From Camelus ferus (Eukaryota): a DNA stretch of 64,000 nt. Both the position numbers and the translations under genes were made by a program. The notes under the pieces are model-generated. The model saw only the letters and a list, made by a program, of their open reading frames with translations, made no database searches and was not told the origin of the DNA. Location of the stretch: the NCBI RefSeq assembly GCF_009834535.1, contig NC_045697.1:29204001-29268000 (forward strand), in the 5' to 3' direction. Positions 26,461 through 39,829 of this stretch are shown here, piece after piece. Each line of letters opens with the position of its first letter. Position 1 is the stretch's first letter.

Positions 26461-27149
26461 CCTCTTTTTCCCCTTAATTCTGGTATTAAACAAGCAATGA
26501 GCACGTGGTAAAGCAGAGGACATAGGTCCTAAGTCCTTATGGGGCAGGGAAGGCCCTGAGGGAAGCAGCTACTTTGGTTTCTTTTTTCTGCTTTTGATAG
26601 AGACAAGAGCTCATCTTTCACTTTCTTCTAATTCCATTAATTAGAAGAAACAGCAACTCAAATGGTCTGACCTTTGGCCTCACTAAGAGGGGATGAGGGC
26701 TATGCCCAACTGGAAAGGGCTTTCCCCAACCACAACGGGCAGAAGGGGCAGCCCACACCCACTCTAGCTGGCAGTTGCCAGGTGGATACAGGCCAGGTAC
26801 TGACTAAGTTTTGTTTTGTTTTATTTTGTTTTGTTTTGTTTTGTTTTCTAACAAGACAAATCCAGATGGTGTTGGGGGTTGGGGAGTGGAGACAGAGTGA
26901 GAGAGAAAATTCTCTTAAAGTTTAAATGTGGGCAACTGATTGGATTTTTTAAGACAGGGAGGGACAGTAGTGCATGGAAGAACAAACACATCTTGGGGCC
27001 CTCATTTTGCCTGTGAACTGCCCATGTGCCCCCTCTTATCTCAAGTCACTATGTGGTCCTCTTTGCTAGGCAAGGGCCCCTCTTTCCAAGCTGAAGACAC
27101 ACGGCCTCACTTGGTGATCAGCACACAACTTGGCTGTGGCTATCTTAAA

Positions 27150-27605
27150 AAGCAACAGCCCAAAGGGTGGAAACTACCCAAATGTCCATCAACAGATGAA
27201 AGGATAAACAAAATGTGGTGTAGCCACACAATGGAGTATTATCCAATCTTAAAAAGGAATGAAATATTGATACATACTGTAACATGGATGGACCTCAAAT
27301 ACATCAGGCTACGTGAAAAACGCCAGACGTAAAAGGCCACATGTTGTATGATTCTATTTCATATGATTCCAGAGTAAGTAAATCCATAAAGACAGAAGGC
27401 AGATTAGTGGTGACTGGCAGCTGGGGGAAGGTGGAGTAAGGAGTGATTTCTTACAAGGGGTCTCTTTTAGAGGTGATGAAAATGTTTTCAGACTAGATAA
27501 AGATGATGGTTGCATTACATTGGAAATGTACTAAATACCACTAAATTGTACACTCTAATTAGTTTTATGTTATATGAATTTCAGTTCACCTCAATGTTTT
27601 AAAAA
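27150..27605 (+). mobile_element. L1MB-type ORF2 C-terminus and 3' UTR
   Basis: cccaaatgtccatcaacagatgaaaggataaacaaaatgtgg; translates to KCPSTDERINKMW...TMEYY (L1 ORF2 C-terminal remnant). Confidence 0.9.
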
Positions 27606-28399
27606 AGGTAACAGAATCTGGGGGTGAGAAAAATCAAGGAGTGGCAGGTGTGTGGGGGCAATTTCACAATTATCTTGGCAGATGATGGGTTCTACCTGGG
27701 ACCAGAGGGCTCCCCAGAGGGTAAAACACTGGGAGGAGTTCTCTAGGTAGGAGAGAGGGCACAGGACACATCATATGTGAAGAAATACGGCAGAAAAAGC
27801 ACATGATGTTTCAGGGACTGGCAAGAATTAGGTGTATGAAAACTGAATCTCTCAAAGTTTATATGTATTTTGGATGCTTAGGAGAGATTCTCTTTGGTAA
27901 TCCCAAAGTGAGTCACTTCCAAAAATATGTTTTACAACTCGGGAAAAGTGCCTATTCATAAACAAAGTGGTACTACACTTGTTCTTACGGTGACTGCTCA
28001 TCTCCAGACATCTACCACTTCCCATTCAAATTTCAAATGAAGAATCTTTGACCTTTGCTTAAAAAGTTCAAGTTTTTTCCTAACTATTTAATCTTTTTTT
28101 TTTCTTTTTCTTAGTTCTTCTTTAGGTTGAGTAGATTGCAGTTACAGGGACTCAGCAAAAACCAGCATCAACACGGAATACAAGGAAAGCATCACTTGAC
28201 AAGCATTAACTTATTTTCCTGTTATTTACAGCACCCTGTACCACAGTAACTTTTAAGTAACTACTTCATAATGCACAGCTGGACTGCGTGACGTCAAGGT
28301 GTTTTTGTAACTGTTCACTGGCATTTGTGAAGTAATTTTTACAATTCTGTAAATTAACATTCTCTTACCAAACTTGATATAAAAAAGAATCAATCACAT

Positions 28400-29000
28400 A
28401 AATCAAAACCACTATGAGACACCACTTTACACACATTAGATGGCTATTATATATTAAAAAAAAAAAAGAAAATAACAGATGTCAACCATTCCACAAAAAA
28501 TTACACAGAATTATTATATGATCCAGCAATTCCACTCCTAGGTATAGACTCAAAGGAATTAAAAGCAGGGACTCAAAGAGATACTTGCACACTAGCATTC
28601 ATAGCAACATTATTCACAATAGCTAAAAAGTTCATCAAGCCAAGTATCATCAACTGACAAATGGATAAACAAAATGTGTTACTTATACATAGGTTAAATA
28701 TAGTCAGTCTCAAAAAGGAATAAAATTCTGACACATGCTACAATACAAATGAAACTTGAGGACACTATGCTAAGTGTAACAAGCCAGTCATAAAAAGACA
28801 AATACCATATAAAACTACTATTGAGATATCCAGACTAGTCAAATTCATAGTAAAGTAAAATGGTGGTTGCCATGGGTTGAGGGAGGGAAAATGAGGAGTT
28901 ATTATTTAATAAGTTTTGGTTTGAGAAGATGGGAAAGTTCCAGGGATGGATGGTAAAAATAGTAAATTTTATATTATGTATATCTTACCACAATAAAAAC
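28400..29000 (+). mobile_element. L1MB-type 3' portion
   Basis: aaatcaaaaccactatgagacaccac...tatgatccagcaattccactcctaggtata...aaatggataaacaaaatgtg. Confidence 0.9.
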
Positions 29001-30216
29001 CATCTTTCGTTTCAGGTATATGTCAAAATGCAGATCCCCAGACTTGGGACCCAGAGTGAGTCTGACCTAGAACTCAGTCTGCACATACTTGAGAATCTCT
29101 GCTCCTTCATGTCCTCACTGAAATGGCATTCTGAACCTTAGTTCAGTTTATTATCCCCATCCAATTTAATGTCAAGGAAAAAATTTAGGATACACATTAT
29201 TATAAGAACATTAAATAATTGTTTATTTAATAAACCACCTTCATAAATGGAAACCTTGAAAAATATGTGACTAAATAAAGAAAGGAGACCCATGGAAGAC
29301 CACTTTAGATACACCTGCAACCATGATAAATGTCTCCTTACCCATCCAAGGGAATAGTTTAGAAAAAAAATCTCTTTTTTTTCTCTCCTCCACTCCTCCA
29401 CCCGCTTCAAATATGAACATTTCCACTCTGCCCTCTTTCTCCATGAGAACTTGAATAGTAAGAGACACAAAGGACAGCAAATTCCGCTACAGTCAGGGAT
29501 ATTTCTCCTGATTGGAAAGTGATAATGGAGAGATGCGGGCCCTCGTGCAATGCTTCTCAGATTGGCTCTTTTGGAGATGTTTTGTGAAACAGCATGTTCC
29601 AGTGTCTTTCACGTCTCCTGTACTGAGATAGCAAATCTGTGCGCAGTGACACTGGACCAAGATAGGGAAAGTCAAGGCCTTGTGGTATGGCTATCTTCTA
29701 GATCTGAGGCCAGAGCTCAGACTCAAAAGCAATCATCGCACGGGTACTCCGATCGCTGGCAGGAGTATATAACATGTTGTGGCTACCACACTCCTCCGCC
29801 TGGTGCTGAAGGCCTGGCCTCACCAGACCTTACTCATCTTCCTTCTGACTTCTCCCTCTATTCTCTTCATACAACATCAGACTGACTTGTTCTGTTTGCA
29901 ACCTGGTATCTCTGCCTCAGTGCCTCTGCTCATGCTCCCCATGGCCTAGAATATTCTTGCTCTAAACTCCATGGATCCAGATCCTTGTTTTTCCCTGCCA
30001 CCTTCTTCAAGAAGCCCTTTCAGATTGTTCCCAGAAGGAAACCGTCTCTCCCTCCTTTCTACTCCAATACTTTTTCTGTACCTGTCTTACAGCCTTTATC
30101 ATACTCAACTTTGATTCTTTACCCTGTAGTATTTGTCATTTTCTATTTTTTTCAATCTCACTCACTTAAAAATTCCTTGAGATCGAAGACTGAGTACCAT
30201 TAGTCTTTATAGTCTT

Positions 30217-30270
30217 TCTTTTTCTTCCTTCCAGTTTTACTGAGATCTAATTGACATTCAGCACTGTATA
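30217..30270 (-). mobile_element. Short L1 3' terminus adjoining a SINE tail
   Basis: Reverse complement reads tatacagtgctgaatgtcaattagatctcagtaaaactgg followed by an A/G-rich tail. Confidence 0.7.
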
Positions 30271-30409
30271 CTTTTGGGTGGAGGGGATGGGGATGGAGGT
30301 AATTAGGTTCTGTTTTTTAATTTTTTTTTAAATGGAGGTACTGGGGATTGAACCCAGGACCTCATGTTTGCTAGGCACAGACTCTACCACTGGGCTCTAC
30401 CCTCCCTCC
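30271..30409 (-). mobile_element. Vic-1-like SINE
   Basis: aatggaggtactggggattgaacccaggacctc...ctctaccactgggctctaccctccc. Confidence 0.9.
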
Positions 30410-31279
30410 TGTAGTCTGTCTCTTGAGGCAGACACCACACACTGCTATTCCCCTCTTCTTCCCTAAGGGAATACCAAGGTCTCCCCAATAGCAAGTGAAC
30501 TGCCAGGCTTCACAGCCCGTGAAGCTCACACTCGGACATCCCCCAAGTAAGTGCTCAGCACCACGCATTGGTCAGCTGTTATTGGAAGAGGAAATGACCA
30601 GCTGGAACAAACATCTGCTCAAATTCTGGCTCAGGAAAGGGGAAGATCCATCGTTAAAGAAACCAGGGAGAGGTATCATTATTATTTTTGCAAAAGAAAT
30701 TGAAATAACCTCATCAACTCTTCATAGAGTTTATGTTTAAAAGATGCTTTGTTCAATTACTCTTTGTTGACATCCGCCTGTCTATCTGTAGCCGGTGTGG
30801 TCACTGTCTCTTGCTGTACAATAAGCCGGAATTCCAAGAGTTGAAGACAAGGGAAGTCCAAGGGAACTCAATGTGCCAAATCAGAGACACGGGCAAAGCC
30901 CACTGCTAAGCCGGGAACTTCTGGGGGAGGGAGGAGGATAACTATCCCTGGAGCTGTTCTTTCTGTCACAGGACAGATGGAATTTGCTGGTGCTGTAGGC
31001 ATGGGGGTGGAAAAGCAAGAGCAAGAGGAAAAGAAGCTTAAAGCCAAGGACCAAGATATAATCATTCAGGGGATGGGGGTTGGGAGGGGAGAGGTCAATC
31101 ATGCTTTTGTGAAGAGACAAGAGAAAAGGAGAATTTTTAGGCCATTTTTAAAAAAGTCTTTTGTCCACTTCAGCCAGCTCCCGGCCAAGGCACCTAGACC
31201 TACACACCAATCTTTCTGTAGCCAGATTATCTACTCTGTGTATGTGTGTGTGTAAATGGCAGACAAAGGGCATTTTTTT

Positions 31280-31530
31280 CAGCAAATATTTTTTGCAAGG
31301 ATCAAATAGTTAAATATTTTAGCTGTTGCAGGCCATACAGTTTCAGTTCCAGCTACTCAAATCCACCATGAGGCACAAAAGCCACCATAGACGATAAATT
31401 TTTACACTATATACCAATAAAACTTTATGGACACTGAAATTTGAATTTCATTTAATTTTCAAGATTATTCTTCTTTTGATTTTTCTCCCCAATCATTAAG
31501 AATGTTATTCTATATGTTATTTATGAGTTT
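31280..31530 (+). mobile_element. MER58B-like hAT-Charlie element
   Basis: aaatattttagctgttgcaggccatacag...ccaataaaactttatggacactgaaatttgaatttcat. Confidence 0.8.
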
Positions 31531-32761
31531 ACACCATATAAAGGCAAGAAGACATGTCAGGGAATGATAATGTCTGCATTTTGGGTAGAGGCCCCTCCTG
31601 TGAAGGGGGGAAGAGGAACGGGGGTGGGGTGCGGTGGTGGGATGGAGTTCACAAGGGGCTTCAATTTTCTCTGTAATGTTTTATTCCTTATGTTTGGCTC
31701 ATGCACACAGGAGTGTTTGGAAAAGTACCATTCCGTATGTACTGAAGTATATCAATAAAACAAAGTAAAGGCACATGAAATGAGCACATGAAACTATTTT
31801 TGCAGTAGTGACTATGTCGGTAAAAAATTAAAACAAACAAACAACATTTGCCCATGAAAAACCTATTTTAGCTTTTGAATCCCCATAGAAGATTTTCCTC
31901 AGGATCTCAAGCACAAAGGACAAGGCACCTGGCTACAATGAATTCACAGCTCTTATCCAAAGCATCTTGATTTTACTTCTGCCTAAAGTATTTTCCGTTT
32001 TCCAAAACAGCACCTTTTGGTTAATTTAGCATACCAGCTGCTAGCATAACTCCACAAAATGGCACATTTTTAAGGCAGGGAGCTACACTAGGTCCCCAAC
32101 AGTTGCTTTCTGAAAATTCTTTAGTGTATTATTGCATAACAGAGTAGTGTGACAAGGATCAAAAGATTAGAAATAATTTCAATTAACTCTTTCTGCTAAT
32201 ATACGTAGAGGAATAACTATTGAGTTTTGCCTCAATTTCCAACAGAAATCAAAGTTAAAAGTAAACGTCATTGACCAAAATTACAGAACTTTAAAATGCT
32301 GTATGAAAGAATCAAAACATCACAAATGCTTGGTGGGAATGAAAAACTGATAATAATGTGAAAGGATGAGAGTATAAATTAAGCTATTTATAAAAACTCT
32401 TTGATTTAGGGTTTTTATATTCTTTTTTCTACCCAATCTCCAGCATCCTTCTGTCCTCTGTTCATATGTGTTTAAACTGCCCATAAATTATATCAGCAAG
32501 TCTTTTGTCTGTCAGAAGGAGAATCTGTCCTTATAGGACTATCATACCAATGAGCTCACCATCCTTAAATTCAGCAAATAATTAGTACTGATAAAAATTG
32601 TGCTCTATAACTAAAATAATCATTAGGAAAAAAAGTCTCTAAAGTTCAAACACCCCAAAAGAGAGAAAATAATAAGTTCAGCAGGAGGACTTTCAGACCC
32701 AAATAGGGAGTACCACCTCCAACCCAGGAAAATGGGGATTAAGTTAGGCTGATCCTTAGCA

Positions 32762-33243
32762 CGGCAGATTAAAAATGGCTGCAAATTCTTTCACAAACTC
32801 CTCCATTGAAAGGTGGGGTTTATGTCCCTCCACTTGAACTTGGGTGGGCTCTGTGTGTGCTTTGATCTGAAAGTGACACTGTTCCAGCTTCCAGGGCCAG
32901 GCCGGAAAAGACTGGCAGCTTCACTGTCCTCTCTGGGTTCACTCACCCTTGGAGTGCCTGGCCAGCATGTAAGAAGTCCAACTACTCTATAGGAAAGACC
33001 TTACGAAGAGGCTTGAGACTGTCCCTGCCAAAGCGCCAGGCATGGGAGGGAAGCCATCTTGGCTCCTTGGACCAGATTGACCATGAGTAGGATGTCACCA
33101 ACAGATCCCTGTTGACGCCTGTATCAGCATGAAGACTCTCCCAGCTGAGCTCTGCCCGAATCGTGAGAGATGACAGGTACTCACTGGTGGTTGCCTGACC
33201 TACCACCAGTAGGTAGTTTACTGTACACCAAGAGATAACTGGA
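32762..33243 (+). mobile_element. MLT1 (ERVL-MaLR) solo LTR, MLT1H/I-like
   Basis: ggcagattaaaaatggctgcaaattcttt...ccacttgaacttgggtgggctctgtg...cccagctgagc...agataactgga. Confidence 0.8.
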
Positions 33244-34615
33244 GTCCTTGCATCATTCTGGAAACCAGACTAATATAATCCCTCACTTAAAATTTCTGGC
33301 GGGGTGGCCTTCACCCAAAAGAAGGCATCTTAAGTGGTATTACTCTTGAAAGCAAAACTAGGCCCTGTAGATGAAAGTTAAGAGAAAGAAGATTCCAGCT
33401 AAATGTAAGAGCTTCCCCGTAGGGTTTTCCATTCCTAGCCTGAAGTGTCTCACGATGAAGCATCGTGGTGGTGCACCCATCACTGCAGGAATTCAAGGCC
33501 AGGATGGAAACAGGGAAGTAAGCACAGCAACAAAACCCTCCAAGTATGGAATCAGAAAAACTTGCATCTGGATCCGTTTTGCTAGAACCAGCTGTGTTTC
33601 AGGATAAACTGCTTAACCTCTAAGTCTATTTGCACATCTGTAAAACAGGAATATTAATAACAGCAACTCAGACAGCTGTAATGAGTGCCTAGCCCATTGG
33701 AGGCTCTCAGGGCACATATTTATCAGATCCTAACTATCACTAATGCTGCAGAAGCATTTCTGCATCGGATGGAATGTCGAACCAGAAAGCCCCTGTGGTC
33801 CAGTCCAACTGAAAACATGCTAGATGATTCCATGACCACCCATGGAAAGTTTGTTTGCTGAAAGCTAACTGGAAGCAGCCAAAAACATTTTCAATTACAA
33901 CTCAATCAAGTCAATGACATTCTCTTTCTGTTAACTTGAGATAATTTCATTTGTACTTAAGCCCCTAATTACTTAAGCAGAAAAGAACAATGGATTTAAT
34001 TCACGTGCCAAGAAAGTTTTGCTTTACTTGTTTGTTGGTTTGACATAATTAGTTACACAGCTTCCACCATGGATTTATCATGTAGCTGGCTCACAGCTCT
34101 TCCCTCGCTTAGTGCCAACTTCCTTTGCTCCATTCTGTTCCTGGAGACTCCAAGTCCAAGTAGCACTGCCAACTCCAGGTGGCCCTGAGTCGAGGGCAGG
34201 GCTTAAAGGAAACGGTTTCAGTTCAGTCACTCACTAGCCCTGTGACTTAGAGCAAATTAAGACATTTCCCTGGGCCTCAGCTTCCTCATCTGGAGAATGG
34301 GGATAATAGTGAATCTCTATAGAGATGCTCTAACAATGAAATAGACAAATGACTCTATATGGTTCAAATGTTGTCAAACAAAATTCCACTGTTAGTATTT
34401 ATCACTTTTGCAGCTAAACCATGGCAGTTAATAAACCCCAAGACAACTGCCCAAATGAAAACAGAGAGAAGCAGCTCAGGATTTTAGACTCATCATTAGT
34501 CATTTTTCATAAAGTCGCCTGTTTATTTCTTTCTGGAATAAGACAGTGTAATTTTAAAAATTCCTTTCTGCTGATTTCTTTTATATTATTCCTAATTTTT
34601 AAAACATAAACTTTT

Positions 34616-34815
34616 GGGGGGTAGGGTATAGCTCAAGTGGTAGAGCGCATGCTTGGCATGCATGAGGTCCTGGATTCAATCCCCAGTACCTCCTTCAAAT
34701 ATAAAAAAATAAAATAAACCTCCCCCTCATAAAGCTAAATAAATAAATAATAAATTTATTATTTATTATTAAATAACAAATAATTACCTCCCCCTCATAA
34801 AACAAACAAAAAAGC
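34616..34815 (+). mobile_element. Vic-1-like SINE with duplicated tail motif
   Basis: Full head; acctccccctcataa occurs twice in the tail; TSD aaaacataaactttt (34601-34615) / aaaatgtaaactttt (34816-34830). Confidence 0.93.
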
Positions 34816-34829
34816 AAAATGTAAACTTT

Positions 34830-35330
34830 TCATTTTAGTACAACATATATACAGAAAATGCACAGGTAAAGAGAGTATTTCTCAATGAATTTTCACAAAC
34901 TGAACACACTGTGCCACTAGCACCGCCAAAGTCCTCATGTCCCCCTCGAGCACCATCCACCAAAGGTTGACGGCTATCCTTGACTTCAACATCATAGATT
35001 TGTTTGTCCATTTATGAACTTAGTAAATGGAGATCGTACAGTATATATTCTATTGGGTCTGGTTTCTTTCACTAAAAATTATGTTTGTGAGCTATGAGCA
35101 TATTTTTACATGTAATAATAGTTGTTCACTGTATGTAGTATTCTATTAAATGAATAAATTACAGTTTTTAAATTCATTCTACTATTGATGGATATCTGAG
35201 TTGCTTCCAATTTGGGGTTATTTTTAATGATGATGCTAAGGGCACTGTTAAACTTATATTTTGGTGAACATATGTAATTTCTGGAGTGGAATTGCTGGCT
35301 CATAAGGTATGCATGTTTTCTGATATAGTG
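34830..35330 (-). mobile_element. Old L1M (L1MC/L1ME) 3' portion
   Basis: atgaattttcacaaactgaacacac...cattctactattgatggatatctgagttgcttcca...ggagtggaattgctggctcataagg. Confidence 0.85.
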
Positions 35331-36659
35331 GAGCCTCTTTTTGGCACCTGGGACTTACATCAGTGCTTACTTTACATTTGCCTCCCTGCTTCCAGGACCT
35401 CACTCCTCCATTTGACCTCCACACAATGAATCCACTTAGCTTTGTTAACAACAGGACCAATCACGTGATTTGCTTCAAAACATTCTATGATGTGGGAATG
35501 TCCCAGTTCCTAATACTATCGTAATCAAGGTCTTTACTGTTTGGCCCATGTTAGTCGTTTATTCATTTAACAAATAAATGTTTCCAAACATGAGGCACCT
35601 CAAATCTGAGAGGAACACGCTAAAAAAGTAACAGCACTATAAGACAAGACATCCCAGAGCCAAGTTCAGGAGGAATCCAGAGGATCTGAGAAGATTCGAG
35701 AGGAGGAATGATTTGAGCTGATGCTAAGAAAAGATGGAGGGAGAAGTAAAGGACTGTCAAAGGAACAATATGTTGTAGTGAAAAAGCACATGCATCCACG
35801 GAGGAGGCAAGCATGTCTGATGTGACAACTACACGGGGTACTGATGTGTACAAGCCAGCTATGAGGCTGGCGTGTAGACTGAAGCTGAGTTTTGAACTGC
35901 CCAGTACAGTGTTCAAATCCTCCTTGCAAGCCCCAATTTCTCAATATGTATGACACCCACTGCTGATGTGCAAGCTGCTTTTAGCTAGTAATGAGTGAAG
36001 ACATTTCATTTTAATGGTTTGGTTTATTGAAATGTGCATTAGAAAAATACTGGTTTTCCAGTGAAGGTAGGAAGATAAAGTTCCAATATATGTATGTAAG
36101 CAAAACAAGAGTTGATTTCAAGAAAATATGAATTAAATGATGATACAGGTGAAATATATGTGAGGGAAAATTGTACAGGTAAATAAGAAATGGTTAGTAT
36201 TGGGAACCTAACATAGAAAGATGGAGAATGAGGGGCAGCTTTCAAATAGGAGAATGATGCAGGCAGTGTGTCTTTTACGAGGACAACTGCTGAGTCCAAG
36301 ACAGCCAGTCACTGGCCTCATCTGTCACGCTCCTGTACCCCGCTTGCCCTTTAACTCACTGAGACAGTTCCACAGACTAGGCTTGCCTTGCCCCATGACC
36401 CTCCCTTCATAGCATAGCTGGGTGGTTGAGTGATGAACTTCAAAACCAGACTGCCAGGATTTGGACCCCAGCTCTCCACTTACTGTCGGTAACCTGGGCA
36501 AATTGTCTTTCTGCCTCATATGCCACTTCACTGGGTAGCCATGAGGACTCAGAATGTGCCTGGCATTCAGTACATATGTTAATTTAAATGATGGGTTTTA
36601 TCTGCCCTAAAATGCACACTCCCTTTGATGCCTTGCAAAAACCAGATTTTTCAGAATCC

Positions 36660-37097
36660 AGCTGAAACCAAATGTCCACCAACTGATGACTAACTAGGTA
36701 AACAAAATGTGGTCTATCCATACAGTGGAATATTTTCCACCATAAAATGAAATGAAGTGCTGACATGTGCTGCAACACAGATGAACCTTGAAAACATATA
36801 CGCTAAGTGAAACAAGCCAGACACAAAGGCCACATATCATGTGATTCTGTGTATATAAAATGTCCAGAATAGGCAAGCCTATAGATACAGAAAGTAGATT
36901 AGTGGTTACCAGTGGGTGGGAGAAAGGAAAATGGAGAGTGACTGTTTAACAGGCACAGGTTTTCTTTTTGGGGTCATGAAAATGTTCTGGAATTAGATGG
37001 TGGTGATGATTGCACAACTCTGTGAACACACTAAAAACCACAGAATTTGACACTTAAAAAAATGGTGACATTTATGACATGTGAATTATATCTCAAA
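36660..37097 (+). mobile_element. L1MB7/8-like 3' end
   Basis: ccaaatgtccaccaactgatg...atgaaccttgaaaacat...gaaagtagattagtggttacc...gtgaattatatctcaa. Confidence 0.9.
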
Positions 37098-38369
37098 CAA
37101 CAACAACAAAATCCAGCTAAAAGACCCCTCTCTTCCCTGACTACCCGCTCCTGTGGTCTCCCTGTTCAGATCACAAGCATCATTACACTACAGTAAGTTA
37201 GGGGAAGTCAGGTGTCCCCCCTGAAGGGTGAGCAGGTTGAAGGCAGACCAATGTATCAGAATGACCAGTATCCAGTAGTTCCTCTAGTAAATGCTCGCCA
37301 GTGGTAAGCAGAACATTACTACTTGAGGGAAGCACAGGCTTGGAGAGTAATTTATATTCTCAAGTGTACAGGTTCTAAAGTACCAACCCAGTAGCCAAAG
37401 ATCTCATGCCCTTACACGGGGGCCCAACCCCTGTTGAGTATTAAAATTGTGTACAAAACAGCATAAAAAGCCCTTTCTTTTGCCATCGAGATTGAAACAA
37501 GCTTAGACTTGGATTTCTTTTTCTCTCCTGTCAACTAGGCTTGTTTGTGCTGGGCAAACATGCAAATTCTGAATTCAGAGATTGTTGGAGCAATGACAAT
37601 CTTAGCTCTGATAATCACTGACCTGCCAAAGCTGCTGTTAGAAAAGCAGGTACAATCCTAAGATCCTGGCATGGAAGCCACAGTCTGGGTGAACACATGT
37701 TATGAAGTAAACACAAGGAGCAAAAATCCTGCAAACATGGCACCACTGAATGAAGCTGAGTGCCTTAAATGTACATTCCTTACAGTCCGCCTGCTAATCC
37801 TACTGTCATCGCTGACTCGGAAAAACAAGATGATGTGGAACATGTGAGCTATCTGCAGTGTTTGTAAACATTTCCAAACCTTTTTTGATATCCACTTTTA
37901 TTGGGGGAGGCAAGTGTGAAGTAGAAGGAAATCAAAACTTTAATTTAGAAGGCCTGGGTTAGACTGTGGGTTCCATGTGAATTAAGTCATTTTTCCCAGG
38001 GAGCCTCAGAGTCCACCTCTGTCAGTTGGGGACTCTGAATATCCCACAGACGGTGCAAAGATGAAGAAAGTTAATGTGAGGGACAGCAGGTACCGAACTG
38101 CAGTACGGCTCAAGGACAATGGTGTGGAAAAATGCAGTCATATTACTAAAAGAGCTTAAAGGAAAGGCACAAAGACTTTTAAAAGTAGGAACCCAAGTGA
38201 TTGTTCCTTCTTTTTCAGTTTCCATTCGTACACGCTTTGCCCAGGAGATAAAGTCCTTGTGATCTAGTTTCTTCCCCCATCTCTCTCTGGGGTCAGGGAT
38301 TCCCGCCTAATTGGCAACTACCTGTTTTTCATATCTGAGCCTCTTTCAAGACTCATTCAAGAATCACAT

Positions 38370-38585
38370 CTAGTCTAGAGCCAAATTGAGTGGCTTTGGA
38401 CTCTGGCTCTGCCCTTACTATGCAATCCTAGCCAAGTTATTGAACCTCTCTGTAGCTCAGTCTTCTGGTCTGTAAAATGGGGACAATAATTGCATGTATT
38501 TCACAGTATTTTTATGTGGATTAAATGAGTTCATCTCTGTAAAGTGCTTAGAATAGGATCAGGCATGCTATTAACACAGGCTATT
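38370..38585 (+). mobile_element. MIR
   Basis: ggctctgcccttacta...aacctctctgtagctcagt...tctgtaaaatggggacaataa...gattaaatgag. Confidence 0.85.
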
Positions 38586-39615
38586 TAAAAAGTGTATTAA
38601 ATTACAAGGAGTTTCCTAAAGTTCCCTCTTTCTCCCCCTATGCCTCCTCAGGTTAAACTGGTGCTACTGATTCCTCAGAGCATCTGGAATATTTCATGGT
38701 ACTCATTTTTAATGTTGTCATTCTGTCAGTACTAGCCCATAAAACTCCTTTAAAACAGATCTTTTCATATTTCTAGAAGGTAAACATAGACACAAAATAA
38801 ACGGTATTCAGTGAATCAATGGATGAATAAGAAATACCTCTATTATGGAAAATACAAAAAAGCTTTTTTTTTCCCCTTACATGTCTCACCTCATCTGTGA
38901 GCTCCTTAAGAACCCAGAGTATTTCTTACCCATTTTGTATCTCCAATGACTGATATAGAACCTGTTGTCTACTCAATGGATAAATGGCTGGAGTTACTGC
39001 CCCCCAAAAGGGCCCCCCAAAATACAGAATTTTCAAGAGTTCTGGAAGCATGTATTTGTTTAATATAGATTTTATCTCTCTATGGAGTTTAAAGAATCAC
39101 CTAAGGACTTTTCATTTTAAATGACTTCAAGATACAAACTTGATAAAGCACAGGACAACTTCATTCTACTTAACATAAAGCTTTAAACTGAAGGCATCTT
39201 CAGGTCTCAATATATTCTACTAATAACCTTTCTCAAAGCCCAGCTCTGTTAGAAACTCATAAAGACCAAGACTCCTCTCAAAAAAAAAAAGTCTAACAAA
39301 ATTGTGGGAGTATTTTAGTGACATCAGTAGGACCCAAGGAAAAATTCCCAGAACCTTAGAAGAGTGAAGAAGACATTAAGCTCTGAATCCATGGCAAAGG
39401 GAAAAACACACTTTGCAGGCTTTTCTAGCAGACTGCTGGTGAACGCTTGCATCATAAGAGCAGAGTTCAATTCAGCTTTGTCACTGACCTTCTCCCTCAA
39501 ATTCCTTCCCTGACCCTGAATCTTCAGAAATAGATGGAAATTAAAAACTAAAGGCAAGCACACTGTTTGCTATATAGGACTGCAGTGGTTGTGGAGAGCA
39601 AAGACTCGCCTAGAA

Positions 39616-39829
39616 CAAGGTTTTAAAACCTTGGCAATTGTGACTTTAGGGTCAGATAATTGTTTGTTGTAAGGGGCTATCCTGTGCATCTCAGGATATT
39701 TAGCAGCATCGCTGGCCTCTGCCCACAGATTCCAGTAGCATTCCATCCTTCCCAGACTGTAGCAACCAGCAATGTCTCCAGACATTGCCCTGTGCCCCCT
39801 GCACAATCTCCCCCAGTGGAGAACCACTG
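39616..39829 (-). mobile_element. MER20 (hAT-Charlie), full length
   Basis: Both ends present (caaggttttaaaacc ... gagaaccactg); 8-bp TSD gcctagaa (39608-39615) / gtctagaa (39830-39837), fitting the Charlie NTCTAGAN target. Confidence 0.92.

Noticed and set aside
26940..27332. 130-aa ORF with a protein-like C-terminus
   Set aside because: The C-terminus is an L1 ORF2 remnant; the N-terminus is unrelated flanking DNA with a non-ATG start
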